Notes: generated by a model from the letters alone, not told the origin. 64,000 bases of DNA from Candidatus Woesearchaeota archaeon (GCA_016181305.1 JACOZN010000015.1:2205-66204), one strand, 5' to 3'. Positions 1-10,567 are shown, numbered from the stretch's first letter. A program made the numbers and translations.

Positions 1-356
1 TTTAGTTCAATGCTCAATAATCCCAAGGTTTCTTTTATTGCCTCATAAATATCATACTTTACCTTTACGATAGCAACTGCATTTTCATTTTTTGCTTTCT
101 GCTCCGCATACACATCCCCTATCCTGTACTCCTTCATTGTTTTTCTTGGGATTCTGTTGCCGTGCTCATCCTCAAGCAGGAGGATATTATATGGGACAAT
201 CGGGTGCATTGGAGAAGGGATAGTGACTTTTGTTATGCCTATGACCTTTATATCTGCGCCCTTCTGCTTTGTTAAGCTGCCCTTGCAGTACAGGCATTTC
301 TCAAGAGGATAAACCCATTTCTTGCTGCATTTTTCACAAACCCACCTTAATATCAT
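1..356 (-). CDS. DUF35-like Zn-ribbon/OB-fold protein, probably fused to a DUF362-like domain (runs off the window)
   Basis: Manual translation: MILRWVCEKCSKKWVYPLEKCLYCKG (two CxxC) followed by an OB-like segment; the ATG overlaps the thiolase TGA. Confidence 0.65.
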   Translation of the reverse strand, partial: MILRWVCEKCSKKWVYPLEKCLYCKGSLTKQKGADIKVIGITKVTIPSPMHPIVPYNILLLEDEHGNRIPRKTMKEYRIGDVYAEQKAKNENAVAIVKVKYDIYEAIKETLGLLSIEL

Positions 357-1376
357 GAGCTCACCTTTTTCAGGATGTGCACGCTTATGCTGCTTCCAGC
401 CCCTCCTATGTTCTGTGCGAGGGCGATATTGGCATTGCTTACCTGCCTTTCTCCTGCATCCCGCCTAAGCTGCTTCACAAGCTCATAAATCTGGGCAATG
501 CCTGTTGCGCTTATCGGATGGCCTTTTGCCTTCAGCCCGCCGCTTGTGTTCACAGGCAGCTCGCCGTTCAGGCTTACCTTACCTTTTCTTATCAGATTCT
601 TTCCCTCCCCTTTCTTGCAAAACCCCAAGTCCTCATAGCTTATGATTTCAACTGGAGTGAAAGCATCGTGCAGCTCCGCAACATCAATATCATCAGGGGC
701 AGCGCCAGCCTGCTTGTAGGCTTCTTCTGCAGCAAGCTTTGTGGCCTGCCATGTTGTCATGTCCTCGCTTTCAAAAGCTGAGAGCCTGTCCACATAAAAG
801 CCTGAGCCGGCAATTTCAATATCTGCCTTTTCTTTTGTGATGATGGCAGCTGCAGCGCCGTTTACAGACAAGCTGCAGTCAAAAAGCCTCAATGGAGAGG
901 CAACAATCGGGGATTTCCTGATCTGCTTTAATGTAACTCTCCTCTTGTAAAACCTCGCCTTGGGGTTGAGGTAGGCGTTTTCATGGTTCTTTAGAGCCAC
1001 CAATGCAAAGTCATCTGTTGTTGCGCCGTACTTCAGCATGTACGTTGTTCGCCAAAAGCCTCTCGGCTCCAACCACCAGCACATTCCTGTAGTCGAGCTT
1101 GTTGGCAGTCCACAAGGCTGCGCCGCCCCCGCCGCAAACTGCAGATGATGTTATTATCGGTATTTTCCTCTTCAGCATGCTGCTTAACACAGACGAAAAG
1201 CCCCTCTGCCTTTCTCCATTGCTTCCAGTATCAGTAATAGAAGACACTATTGCATCTATGTCTTCCAGGCCAATATGTGCATCCTCAAGGGCTTCCATAG
1301 TAGCTTCATATACAAGCTCCTGGCTTGTATCTGTCTGCGCTCCAAACTTTGTCATGCCAACTCCTTTTATGTACAT
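353..1376 (-). pseudogene. Archaeal-type thiolase (acetyl-CoA acetyltransferase), split by a frameshift/deletion near 1045
   Basis: N-part MYIKGVGMTKFG...VCGGGG (catalytic Cys)...VVGAE; C-part in another frame ...KGHPISATG...AQNIGGAG; the segment normally lying between them is missing. Confidence 0.8.
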
Positions 1377-1389
1377 AGAATTTACCCCG

Positions 1390-1881
1390 CTACCTTGCAA
1401 ATTTTGCCCTGAACTCCGCCCTGTTGACAATTGCCAGCATCAGCAAAGCCTCTGCCACCAAAGTGTCCTTTACAAACGCCTTGCCGTTGAGTATTGCCCC
1501 TCTTTCATCTTGGGCTATCAAATCCAGCTCGAACCTTGCAGTATCCCCCGGCAGTATAGGAGCCATGAATTTTACTTCTTTCATCTTGTAGGCAAGCACA
1601 TCCTTCTCCTGATGATTTGGGATATTGTTTCTCACAAGCAAAGTGCCTGCCTGCCCCATACCTTCAATAGTCAAAGCGCCTGGCATTATTGGAAAGCCTA
1701 CAAAATGGCCTTTAAGGAAATCCTCTTTGCCTGTGACATCCTTTTCAGCCACTATACTGCTACTCGTCAGGCTTATAACCCTGTCAATGAATAAAAAGTG
1801 CTCGTCATAGGGTATGATCTTCTTGATGTTATCTGCGTTTATTCCGCCATCCGCGTTTTTCAGCTCGTTAAACCGGCTCAT
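1390..1881 (-). CDS. fabZ: 3-hydroxyacyl-ACP dehydratase FabZ (hotdog fold)
   Basis: IPY..FLFIDRV and FLKGHFVGFPIMPGALTIEGMGQ motifs. Confidence 0.88.
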   Translation of the reverse strand: MSRFNELKNADGGINADNIKKIIPYDEHFLFIDRVISLTSSSIVAEKDVTGKEDFLKGHFVGFPIMPGALTIEGMGQAGTLLVRNNIPNHQEKDVLAYKMKEVKFMAPILPGDTARFELDLIAQDERGAILNGKAFVKDTLVAEALLMLAIVNRAEFRAKFAR

Positions 1882-2030
1882 TTTAGCTTGTTTCTAAACT
1901 TTGGTTTAATTTAAATAACTTTCTACCATTATATTTTTTAATATGTATATTCTAAAATAGTTATTATAAAGTATACCCATTACTGGAAAACACAAAAATC
2001 TTTATAAAAAGAGAAGCAAAAGTATGCTGT

Positions 2031-3950
2031 ATGCTCAAGGGAAAAAAATTAGTGAGCAAGTCAGCGAGCTTGAGGCGCAAATTAATATTGGATATTATCA
2101 ACAGGGCTTTAAAGCCTCTGGAGAGTATGTACAAAGCCTTGGCAGGCTCTGCTAAAAAAACCAAAGAGATGTTTCCTGCCCTATACAGGCATTTTGAAGA
2201 GCTGATTAAGCAGCATATAATCACGCCGGGCAAAAGCATTTTTAACACATCAAAAATAGGCGGCATGGGCGGCTTTATAACAACCAATATCATGAAAAGG
2301 CTGCCGCATATTGACGAAGCCCAGATAGAGGAAATACTAGGCAACCCCTCAAATAAATCATTTCTGGAAATACTTACGAGGGGATTTGGCATAAACAGGG
2401 ATAAGGAGAAAACATATACCAAACTTGGCAACGGCAGCTTCAAGAGAATATTAATTGCAAACAGGGGAGAGATAGCACTGCGCATAATAAGGGCGTGCCG
2501 CGAGCTGGGCATAGAAAGCACAGCAATCTATTCTGATGAAGAAAAAGACAGCCTGATTGTGAAGTTCGCAGACAAGTCCTACAACATAGGAAAGCCGAAG
2601 AACTACCTCCACATCAAGAAAATAGTTGAGATAGCAAAGCAAAGCGAGTGCGATGCAATCCATCCAGGCTACGGGTTCCTTTCAGAAAACCCCAAGTTTG
2701 CAAGACTGTGCGAGAAAAGGGGCATAAAATTCATAGGCCCGTCTTCAAGGATGATAGGGAAGCTTGGAAACAAAATAGAGGCGAAAAATGCAATGCTCAA
2801 GGCAAACATCCCGGTGATAGAAGGAGTTAAAGAAGATCTAAAGAGCAAGAGACATGCACTAAGGGCTGCAAGAAGGAGCGGATTTCCCGTCATACTAAAA
2901 GCATCTGCAGGAGGCGGAGGCAAAGGAATGAGGATTGTCGAAAGGGAAGAGGACATTTTTAATGCCTACGAAAGCGCAGAAAAAGAGGCGTTGAATTCTT
3001 TTGGCAGCGGCTCGCTGTACATAGAAAAATACCTTGAAGAGCCAAAGCACATAGAGTTCCAGATTTTGGCTGACAGGCATGGAAATGTCATCCATCTTGG
3101 GGAGAGGGACTGCAGCATACAGAGAAGGCACCAGAAGCTGATTGAGGAGGCGCCAAGCCCTGCACTTGACAATGAGCTGAGGGAATTGATGGGCGCTGCT
3201 GCCGTGAATGCAATAAAGGCTATAGGCTATGAAGGGGCAGGCACTGTGGAATTCTTGCTGGACAAGAACAGGAATTTCTATTTTATAGAGATGAACACAA
3301 GAATACAGGTTGAGCATGGCGTTACAGAAATGGTGACAAATGTGGATCTGATAAAGGAGCAGATAAAGCTCGCCGAAGGAGCCAGGCTTGCTTATAATCA
3401 GGAAGACATAAAGGTAGAGGGGCATGCAATTGAATGCAGGATAAATGCAGAGGACCCAAGCAATAATTTTGCGCCTTCTCCGGGAACTGTCGTCAACTAC
3501 CTGCCTCCGGGAGGGCCCGGCATCAGGATAAGCAGCTCGTGCCATACGGGCTGCAGGATTCTGCCGCAATTCGACTCTTTAATCGCCCTGCTTATCTGCC
3601 ACGGCAAGACAAGGCACGAGGCAATAGCCAGGATGAGAAGAGCTTTGGACGAGTTTATTATTGAGGGGGTAAAAACCACGACGCCGTTCCACAAGCTTGT
3701 GCTTAGCAAGAGGCAATTCCTGAAGGGAAATGTAGCGACATCTTTTATAGAAAACAATATGATAATGGAGGAGCTGAAAGGATTAAAGCAGAAAAAAGAG
3801 GCTTTGCCGAAAGAGAAAAAAGTGCTTATAGTAACAACAGCAGTCGCGCAGTACCTTGCGAAAAAACAGGATACACCGGGCAAAAAAATAAATCCGTGGG
3901 TGATGGCAGCAAGGCAGGAAGCAATGAATGAAGGCAGTTTTGAGGAGTAA
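2031..3950 (+). CDS. accC: Biotin carboxylase with a ~135-aa N-terminal extension
   Basis: KRILIANRGEIALRIIR, HPGYGFLSEN, GGGGKGMRIV, ERDCSIQRRHQK, EMNTRIQVEH. Confidence 0.93.
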   Translation: MLKGKKLVSKSASLRRKLILDIINRALKPLESMYKALAGSAKKTKEMFPALYRHFEELIKQHIITPGKSIFNTSKIGGMGGFITTNIMKRLPHIDEAQIEEILGNPSNKSFLEILTRGFGINRDKEKTYTKLGNGSFKRILIANRGEIALRIIRACRELGIESTAIYSDEEKDSLIVKFADKSYNIGKPKNYLHIKKIVEIAKQSECDAIHPGYGFLSENPKFARLCEKRGIKFIGPSSRMIGKLGNKIEAKNAMLKANIPVIEGVKEDLKSKRHALRAARRSGFPVILKASAGGGGKGMRIVEREEDIFNAYESAEKEALNSFGSGSLYIEKYLEEPKHIEFQILADRHGNVIHLGERDCSIQRRHQKLIEEAPSPALDNELRELMGAAAVNAIKAIGYEGAGTVEFLLDKNRNFYFIEMNTRIQVEHGVTEMVTNVDLIKEQIKLAEGARLAYNQEDIKVEGHAIECRINAEDPSNNFAPSPGTVVNYLPPGGPGIRISSSCHTGCRILPQFDSLIALLICHGKTRHEAIARMRRALDEFIIEGVKTTTPFHKLVLSKRQFLKGNVATSFIENNMIMEELKGLKQKKEALPKEKKVLIVTTAVAQYLAKKQDTPGKKINPWVMAARQEAMNEGSFEE

Positions 3951-3982
3951 ATTTTTATAGTTCTGCAGGAAATGCAACAGCA

Positions 3983-4702
3983 ATGAAGTACAAAATATTC
4001 CATTTCAAATCCCTAGCTTCAACCCAGGACAAGGCAAAGGAATTCTCAAAAAAAGGCTTAGGCAATGTCGTCATTGTTGCAGATGTACAGACAAGAGGGA
4101 GAGGGCGCTTCAAAAGAAAATGGCACTCTGCCAAAGGAGGCTTGTGGATGTCGATCTTACTTGCACCAAAAAAAGCGGAAAATCTGCAATACCTGACATT
4201 TGCCGCGGCAATAGCAGTTGTCAAGTCCATTAAAAAAATTACAGGCATCAGCACAAAAATAAAATGGCCCAATGACGTGCATTACAACGGCAGGAAATTG
4301 TGCGGCATTCTTACAGAAGGGATTTTTCCGGCTAATTATGCTGTTATAGGGATTGGCGTCAATGTAAACCAAAGCAAATTCCCAAATGAAATAAAAAACA
4401 CCGCTATATCGCTCAAAATGATCAAAAACCAGACAATAGACATTAAAAAACTTATTGGGAATATAATTTATGAGTTTTTCAGCTTGTATAACAATTATTA
4501 CAATAAAAATCAATTCAGAAAAATATCAAAAATCTGGAAAATGCATTGCGATACAATAAACAGGGACGTAACCGCAATCACAAGAGCCGGCAGATTAAGC
4601 GGGAAGGCAATAGGCATTGATGAAGAAGGCAGACTGCTGCTGAAAACAGGCAAAAGCAATGTAGTTAAAGTTGCAGAGGGAGACATAAGCATAAGGTACT
4701 AA
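3983..4702 (+). CDS. birA: Biotin-[acetyl-CoA carboxylase] ligase
   Basis: QTRGRGRF, KIKWPNDV, KLCGILTE. Confidence 0.95.
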   Translation: MKYKIFHFKSLASTQDKAKEFSKKGLGNVVIVADVQTRGRGRFKRKWHSAKGGLWMSILLAPKKAENLQYLTFAAAIAVVKSIKKITGISTKIKWPNDVHYNGRKLCGILTEGIFPANYAVIGIGVNVNQSKFPNEIKNTAISLKMIKNQTIDIKKLIGNIIYEFFSLYNNYYNKNQFRKISKIWKMHCDTINRDVTAITRAGRLSGKAIGIDEEGRLLLKTGKSNVVKVAEGDISIRY

Positions 4703-4741
4703 TCACAATATTTAAAAAAGACACTGGCCAACTTCATCAGA

Positions 4742-4969
4742 ATGGCGATTTTGAGGAGCATACCAATATTGAAAAAGCTTGTGGACATGGCATACGCAAT
4801 ATTGGTGGTGATTATATTAAGCGCCCTGGTCGGATTGATTCTGGCGTTTCCTGTCAAACTGCTCTGGAACTATGTGTTCGGGAGCTACCTCACAATCAGC
4901 TGGTTTCAGGCATGGGCCCTGAATGTCCTTACAGGAATACTGCTTGGGCAAAGAAATTCTAGTAAATGA
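4742..4969 (+). CDS. Small membrane protein
   Basis: 75 aa with two hydrophobic stretches, directly downstream of birA. Confidence 0.55.
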   Translation: MAILRSIPILKKLVDMAYAILVVIILSALVGLILAFPVKLLWNYVFGSYLTISWFQAWALNVLTGILLGQRNSSK

Positions 4970-5675
4970 TCAAAATCAGCATTATAACCACTGCCATAGA
5001 TATATAATCATTCTTTCCTAATTTCATAATCCTCCTGCTTTCAGCATCCTCATTATACAATCTTGAGTGCATCGCATCGCTAAGATCGGAAGCGGATTTA
5101 AGCATTTTTTCAAGAAGATTCAGAACAAGAAGTTTTACATACATGATTTTCCTGAAGTCAGCAAGCCTGGAAGCCATTGCTTCCCTTGTTTTCTCGAATC
5201 GAATGAACATTAACGGGATAAACCTTACTGCAACTGAAATCATGACAGCAATGTTTCTCGGCTTTATTTGAAAAATCTTCAACGGCTTTGAGAGCTTTTC
5301 AATAGCTGATATAAGTTCCTGTATTGTTGTAGTGTATGTAAGCAGCATGGATATTATTATCAGCATCAGGAAGCGCCATATATACCTAAGCCCTAGAATA
5401 ATCTGGCTCCTTGAGAAAATCAGATACATGAGCAGCAGAAAAATAAATATGAAATAAAATGGCATTAAATTTTTTATCAGCTCATTTAAGCTCATTTTTG
5501 ACAATAAAACAATGCACAGCATAAACAGCGAAAAAACAATAATTTCAAATTTTGATTTTATTGCGAAAGACAAAATTCCAAGAACAACAACATAAATTAT
5601 TTTTATCCTTACATCAAGGGAATGCAATACGGAATCCTTGCCCCTATACTGCCCGAAAGTAAGCCTTTTAATCAT
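4959..5675 (-). CDS. ecfT: ECF transporter transmembrane T component
   Basis: HSLDVRIK N-terminus, VAVRFIP, AMASR and AMHSR motifs. Confidence 0.88.
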   Translation of the reverse strand: MIKRLTFGQYRGKDSVLHSLDVRIKIIYVVVLGILSFAIKSKFEIIVFSLFMLCIVLLSKMSLNELIKNLMPFYFIFIFLLLMYLIFSRSQIILGLRYIWRFLMLIIISMLLTYTTTIQELISAIEKLSKPLKIFQIKPRNIAVMISVAVRFIPLMFIRFEKTREAMASRLADFRKIMYVKLLVLNLLEKMLKSASDLSDAMHSRLYNEDAESRRIMKLGKNDYISMAVVIMLILIIY

Positions 5676-6366
5676 AAAGGCGCGCCTCTTTCAGTATTTT
5701 ATTTCTTAATTTTGATTTTTTATCGCTGAAAATTATGTTTCCATTTTTTAGTACAATCACATTATCAGCATATTTCAAGTCATTAAGCACATTTGTTATA
5801 AGGATTATTGTCATGCTGTATTTTTTATTTAAGCCCCTTATTATGCCCATAATGCTTTTTTTGTTTTTTTCGTCCAGATTTGTTGTAGGCTCGTCAAAGA
5901 CAATGCATTTCGGCTTCATTGCCAAAACTCCTGCCAATGCAACAAGTTGTTTCTGCCCCATCGAAAGCGTGTTGACATTGCGCTTTGCCAAATGACTTAT
6001 ATTTAATTCCTTCAATATTTCATACACATTCTTTTTTATATCTTGATTATTCAGATCCAAATTTTCAAGCCCGAATGCAATATCTTCCTCAACTACAGAA
6101 TAAACCAACTGGTCCTCAAAATTCTGGAATACAAAACCGACTTTTTTCCTTGCATTAAGCTCGTCTTTTTTTGTGATTATGCCGTCAACAAGAACCTCGC
6201 CTTTGGCAGGCATCAGAAGGGCATTAAAGTGCTTTGCCAGGGTTGTCTTGCCTGAGCCGTTTGCCCCAATTATGGCAGCAAAGCTGCCTTCTTTTATCTC
6301 AAGGCTTATATTTTTTAAAACAAAATCATCTTCGTACTTGAAATACAGGTTTTTTGCCTTTATCAT
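5668..6366 (-). CDS. ecfA: ECF transporter ATPase
   Basis: GANGSGKTT Walker A, LSMGQKQ signature, VFDEPT Walker B. Confidence 0.9.
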   Translation of the reverse strand: MIKAKNLYFKYEDDFVLKNISLEIKEGSFAAIIGANGSGKTTLAKHFNALLMPAKGEVLVDGIITKKDELNARKKVGFVFQNFEDQLVYSVVEEDIAFGLENLDLNNQDIKKNVYEILKELNISHLAKRNVNTLSMGQKQLVALAGVLAMKPKCIVFDEPTTNLDEKNKKSIMGIIRGLNKKYSMTIILITNVLNDLKYADNVIVLKNGNIIFSDKKSKLRNKILKEARLYD

Positions 6367-7085
6367 TGGAATGAAAACGAATAGATTGCAAGATTTTTTG
6401 GAGATATTATTGTCAGTTCTCTTTGTTTGCTGCCTTTGGTTTTTATAAGATTGTACAATTGTGGTCGGTTTATAATTATTTTTTTGACAATATCACTGTT
6501 TAATTTAATTTTTGCCATAATCGGCTTGTTTTTCAGTGACCCTGCAACAAAATTTGACGCTTTGCCTTTGGTTTTGATTGCAAAAACTGAATTGTTTTTA
6601 ATTGATTGTATATATTCACTTTTCTGAATCCAGCCGTCAAGCTTGATTTTCTTTCCTTTTCTTTTTCCACAATATAATGTTGTGAATTTTGAATACTTTG
6701 GCTCTTTATGGAATATGTTCTTTGCTTTTATTTTTAGATTTTTAATTATGGATTTTTCCAATTTTTTGTAATTACCTTCGCCAATATGCCTGTACAATTC
6801 CTTTCCATTAGACATTAAAATCTGCGCCGGCCAGAAATTGATATTTAATTTTCTTATTATCCTCAAGTTTTTGTCTATTATTATCGGAATTTTTATTTTG
6901 TATTTTTCAACTGCATTGAGAATATTTTTATCGCTCTTTTCAAATTCCCACTCAGGAGGATGGATGATTATTGCTTTTAATCCGTATTTTCTATAAGAAT
7001 TATCAATTTTTTTGATGTAATCCAAAGACCTAAGGCAATTCATGCAGCTGTAAGAAAAAATATCAAGCAAAATAAGCTCTTTCAT
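6363..7085 (-). CDS. Thioredoxin-like (TlpA/DipZ-type) protein
   Basis: Probable start MKELILLDIFSYSCMNC (CxxC), overlapping the bioY stop; contains NINFWPAQIL. Confidence 0.7.
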   Translation of the reverse strand: MKELILLDIFSYSCMNCLRSLDYIKKIDNSYRKYGLKAIIIHPPEWEFEKSDKNILNAVEKYKIKIPIIIDKNLRIIRKLNINFWPAQILMSNGKELYRHIGEGNYKKLEKSIIKNLKIKAKNIFHKEPKYSKFTTLYCGKRKGKKIKLDGWIQKSEYIQSIKNNSVFAIKTKGKASNFVAGSLKNKPIMAKIKLNSDIVKKIIINRPQLYNLIKTKGSKQRELTIISPKNLAIYSFSFQ

Positions 7086-7852
7086 TTCATGTACTTGCCT
7101 ATGCCAATATTTTTTGCAATCCAGGCTGCGGCAAGAAGCTTTAAAGTGTCCCCGATTATGAATGGAAGTACCCAGCCGACGAATACAGCGCTCCATGGAA
7201 GCCCAGTTACTAATTTGCCCTGTACGGAGCCCATGACGTAGATTATTAAAGTGCCTGCAAACATGGCAAGAGCAGCGTCAAATGAAATTGATTTTGATTT
7301 TTTCAGGTAAAACACAAGCAGAACCATCCCGATAAATACGGCCAAGCTAAAAATTATCAGCATCAGCCTTTGCTGCTGGGATATCAAATCGACCATAGGA
7401 ACGTAGCTGCTAGATGCATTGTCCCACAGCTTCATTATCCCTATTTTAAATACAGAATCTATTGCAATAACAGCAGTCAAAGCCAGTATTATTGTAAATG
7501 AAAAATATCTGACGAATGCATTTAATTTTTTCTTCTGCAGCATATAACCGATTACAAAAGCTGCAACAGGATAGCTAAACAGATAGCCTCCAGTCGGGCC
7601 AAGCAATGCTGCAACTCCGGAAGAGCCGCCGGCAAAAACCGGCAATCCAATTGTTCCAAGAAGCAGGTATACAATCATAGATAATGCTCCATAAACCGGA
7701 CCCAGCATTGAACCACTCAATAATACCATCAAAGTCTGCAGTGTTATCGGTACCGGAGTAAATGGCAGAGGTATCTTGAACCACGCAACAGCTCCTGTCA
7801 ACGCTGCAAACAAAGCAGCGAAAACCATTCCTTTCAATTTGCTTCTTTCCAT
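7082..7852 (-). CDS. bioY: Biotin transporter S component BioY (with an internal insertion)
   Basis: PVPITLQT, GLPVFAGG, GPTGGYL, PFIIGD. Confidence 0.92.
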   Translation of the reverse strand: MERSKLKGMVFAALFAALTGAVAWFKIPLPFTPVPITLQTLMVLLSGSMLGPVYGALSMIVYLLLGTIGLPVFAGGSSGVAALLGPTGGYLFSYPVAAFVIGYMLQKKKLNAFVRYFSFTIILALTAVIAIDSVFKIGIMKLWDNASSSYVPMVDLISQQQRLMLIIFSLAVFIGMVLLVFYLKKSKSISFDAALAMFAGTLIIYVMGSVQGKLVTGLPWSAVFVGWVLPFIIGDTLKLLAAAWIAKNIGIGKYMK

Positions 7853-7861
7853 TTTATCACC

Positions 7862-8251
7862 TTATTCAATCACAGCCAATACATCTCCCCTGTCCACATT
7901 GTCGTTTTTCTTTACCTTAACCTCTTTCAATACGCCATCCTTAGGCGCATTTATCTCATTCTCCATTTTCATGGCCATCAGTGTAAACAGGCTCTGCCCC
8001 TGCTTTACCCTTGCGCCCTCTTTGGCTTTTATTTCGTAAATAATCCCGGGAAGAGGAGATGTTATTTCAGTAGCCCCCTCACTTATCTTCTGCCTTTTCT
8101 GCAGCCTGTCAATTGCGGATGTTTCAGCATCTTTTTTTGTCTCAACTTCGTAAACATCAGAGCCGCAGTGCACAAGTATTTTGCCCTCTTCCGTTTCCTC
8201 TACAAAAACCTTGTACTCCCTGCCGTCAACCTTAACAACAAGCTCTTCCAT
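7862..8251 (-). CDS. accB: Biotin carboxyl carrier protein
   Basis: SPLPG and LMAMKMENEI biotinyl-lysine motif. Confidence 0.92.
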   Translation of the reverse strand: MEELVVKVDGREYKVFVEETEEGKILVHCGSDVYEVETKKDAETSAIDRLQKRQKISEGATEITSPLPGIIYEIKAKEGARVKQGQSLFTLMAMKMENEINAPKDGVLKEVKVKKNDNVDRGDVLAVIE

Positions 8252-8253
8252 GT

Positions 8254-9771
8254 TTACAATGGCATGTTTCCGTGTTTTTTTGCCGGCTTTTTCTCTCTTT
8301 TAGAAAGCAGCATTTCAAGGCACTTGCCCAGTGCAATCCTTGTGTTTTTTGGCTCAATTATCATATCAATCTTTCCAAGGCTTGCTGCAATATAAGGGTT
8401 AAGGTATTTTTCCGAGTACTGCCTTGAGAGCTCGGATTTCAGCTTCGGGTTTTCGGTTATTTCATCCCTGTTTATTATACTGACTGCCTGCTCAGCGCCC
8501 ATGACGGCAATCTCGGCCGTTGGCCACGCTATAACCTTGTCAAAGCCCATCCCCTTTGAGACAAGTGCTATGTAAGCCCCCCCATACGCTTTTCTAAGCA
8601 CAAGCGATATTTTCGGCACAGTCGCCTCGGAATAGGCGTAAAGCACCTTTGCGCCGTGCCTTATTATGCCATTATGCTCCTGCTCTGTGCCCGGCAGATA
8701 ACCAGTGACATCAACAAGATTTATGAGCGGTATGCTGAAGCAGTCGCAAAATCTCACAAATCTTGAAATCTTGCCAGAGGAGTTAATGTCAAGGCAGCCT
8801 GCCAGCACCTTCGGCTGGTTGGCTACAACACCGACAACATAGCCGTTAAGCCTTGCAAACCCGATAACAGCATTTTGCGCGTAATTCACCCCAATCTCAA
8901 AAAAGGATTTTCTGTCAAAAATCTCCGTGATGACGTCTTTTATATCATAAGTCTTTTTTGGGTCTTCCGGAACAATGCCCTGAAGCCTTTTTGCCTCTCT
9001 TGCCAGAATGTCTGTGGAATGATAAGGGGGGCTTTCAAGATTATTCTGGGGAAGATAGCTCAGCAAAATCTTTATCATGTCCAGGCATTGCTTTTCATTT
9101 TCTGCCATGAAATGCGCTACGCCGCTTTTCTCATTTTGGACTGATGCGCCCCCCAGCCCCTCAAAATCAATTGCCTCGCCAGTGACGGTTTTTATTACAT
9201 CAGGGCCTGTAATGAACATATAGCTTGTTTTATTCACCATGAAAACAAAATCAGTCAGTGCAGGAGAGTACACGGCAATGCCTGCGCAGGGGCCCATGAT
9301 TGCGGAGATTTGCGGAACAATGCCGGACATCATAGTGTTAAGCTGGAATATCCTGCCTCCTGTATCCAAAGCTGAAATCCCCTCCTGTATTCTCGCGCCG
9401 CCTGAATCCAGCAAGCCTATGCACGGACACCCTGTTTTCAGTGCAAGCTCCATCACATTGGCTATTTTTTTGTTGTGCATCTCGCCCATTGAGCCGCCCA
9501 TAAATGAGAAATCCTGGGCATAAACATAAACGGGCTTTTTGCTTACAGTGCCATAGCCTGTGATAACCCCGTCCCTGCTTTTTTTCCTTGCTTCAAGATC
9601 CTTGCTCTGCAGCTCTGCAAAAGCATCAAGCTCTGCAAAAGAGCCTGTATCAAGAAGGTACTTAAGGCGCTCTCTTGCAGTCAGCTTGCCTTTTTTGTGC
9701 TGCACTTCGGCAGCGTGCTTGTCGTCAAGCGCTTTGCTCCTTTCAAGAAACTCCCTAACCTTCTCCCCCAT
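8254..9771 (-). CDS. Acyl-CoA carboxylase carboxyltransferase subunit (PccB/MmdA-like)
   Basis: GKLTARERL, DSGGARIQEG, GPCAGIAVYSPALTDF, RKAYGGAY, KKHGNMPL. Confidence 0.93.
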   Translation of the reverse strand: MGEKVREFLERSKALDDKHAAEVQHKKGKLTARERLKYLLDTGSFAELDAFAELQSKDLEARKKSRDGVITGYGTVSKKPVYVYAQDFSFMGGSMGEMHNKKIANVMELALKTGCPCIGLLDSGGARIQEGISALDTGGRIFQLNTMMSGIVPQISAIMGPCAGIAVYSPALTDFVFMVNKTSYMFITGPDVIKTVTGEAIDFEGLGGASVQNEKSGVAHFMAENEKQCLDMIKILLSYLPQNNLESPPYHSTDILAREAKRLQGIVPEDPKKTYDIKDVITEIFDRKSFFEIGVNYAQNAVIGFARLNGYVVGVVANQPKVLAGCLDINSSGKISRFVRFCDCFSIPLINLVDVTGYLPGTEQEHNGIIRHGAKVLYAYSEATVPKISLVLRKAYGGAYIALVSKGMGFDKVIAWPTAEIAVMGAEQAVSIINRDEITENPKLKSELSRQYSEKYLNPYIAASLGKIDMIIEPKNTRIALGKCLEMLLSKREKKPAKKHGNMPL

Positions 9772-9835
9772 AAGCCAGGCTTATGAATGAGTGTTTAAAA
9801 AGGTTTTGAAATGTTTTAATGGAGGAAAAATCACC

Positions 9836-10567
9836 CTAAAAAAGCTTGAATCCCCTGCTTTCAGCTGCGGCTATTATGCCGCTGTCAACAATCTTAAATA
9901 AAACTTCCTTCTCACCGCCAATGCTCCTGTGCTTCCTCAGGATGGCCCTCCTGTTGTTGTTTGGGGTGGTTTGCAGCTCTATGAGGCACTTGCTGCCATA
10001 TTTGAGAATGTCGCCGCCGACAATGTTAACCTTGTCCCTGTCGTCAAAGTCCGTATAAACCTGGTTGGTTATGAGCACCGGGATCTGCTTTTTCCTTGCT
10101 ATCTCAGTAAGCCATGAAATCTGCTTTCCGAGCTCAAGGTTTACTTCATGGATATCATCATTTCTGCCCAGCTCAAGGCGGTAAAGCATTGCTATGGTGT
10201 CGACGGCTATCAGCCCAATCCTGTCATTGACTATACCCCTGAGCTTTTCAAAAGACTTCTTTTGCTCCGAAAAGCTTGTCGGCCTCAAAAATATGATGTT
10301 GTCAAGTATTTTTTTGTAATCATGGCTTATGCCGGAGCATACCTGCCTGAACCTCTCGAGGGAAAAGCCGCCCTCGCTGTCAACATAAACAACTTTTTTC
10401 CCGTTTCTGGCCACCTCAACCGAGCAGAGCAGGCAAAGAATTGTCTTGCCTGAGCCGGCAGGCCCGTAGATTGTAGTTATAATATCTTTTTCATAGCCGC
10501 CATCAAGCATTGTGTCAAGCAGCTTGCTGCCTGTTGATATGTTATTGCTCAATTTCACATCTTCCAT
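9836..10567 (-). CDS. radB: DNA repair and recombination protein RadB
   Basis: STGSKLLDTMLDGG, YGPAGSGKT, LITNQVY, GGDILKYGSK. Confidence 0.88.
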   Translation of the reverse strand: MEDVKLSNNISTGSKLLDTMLDGGYEKDIITTIYGPAGSGKTILCLLCSVEVARNGKKVVYVDSEGGFSLERFRQVCSGISHDYKKILDNIIFLRPTSFSEQKKSFEKLRGIVNDRIGLIAVDTIAMLYRLELGRNDDIHEVNLELGKQISWLTEIARKKQIPVLITNQVYTDFDDRDKVNIVGGDILKYGSKCLIELQTTPNNNRRAILRKHRSIGGEKEVLFKIVDSGIIAAAESRGFKLF

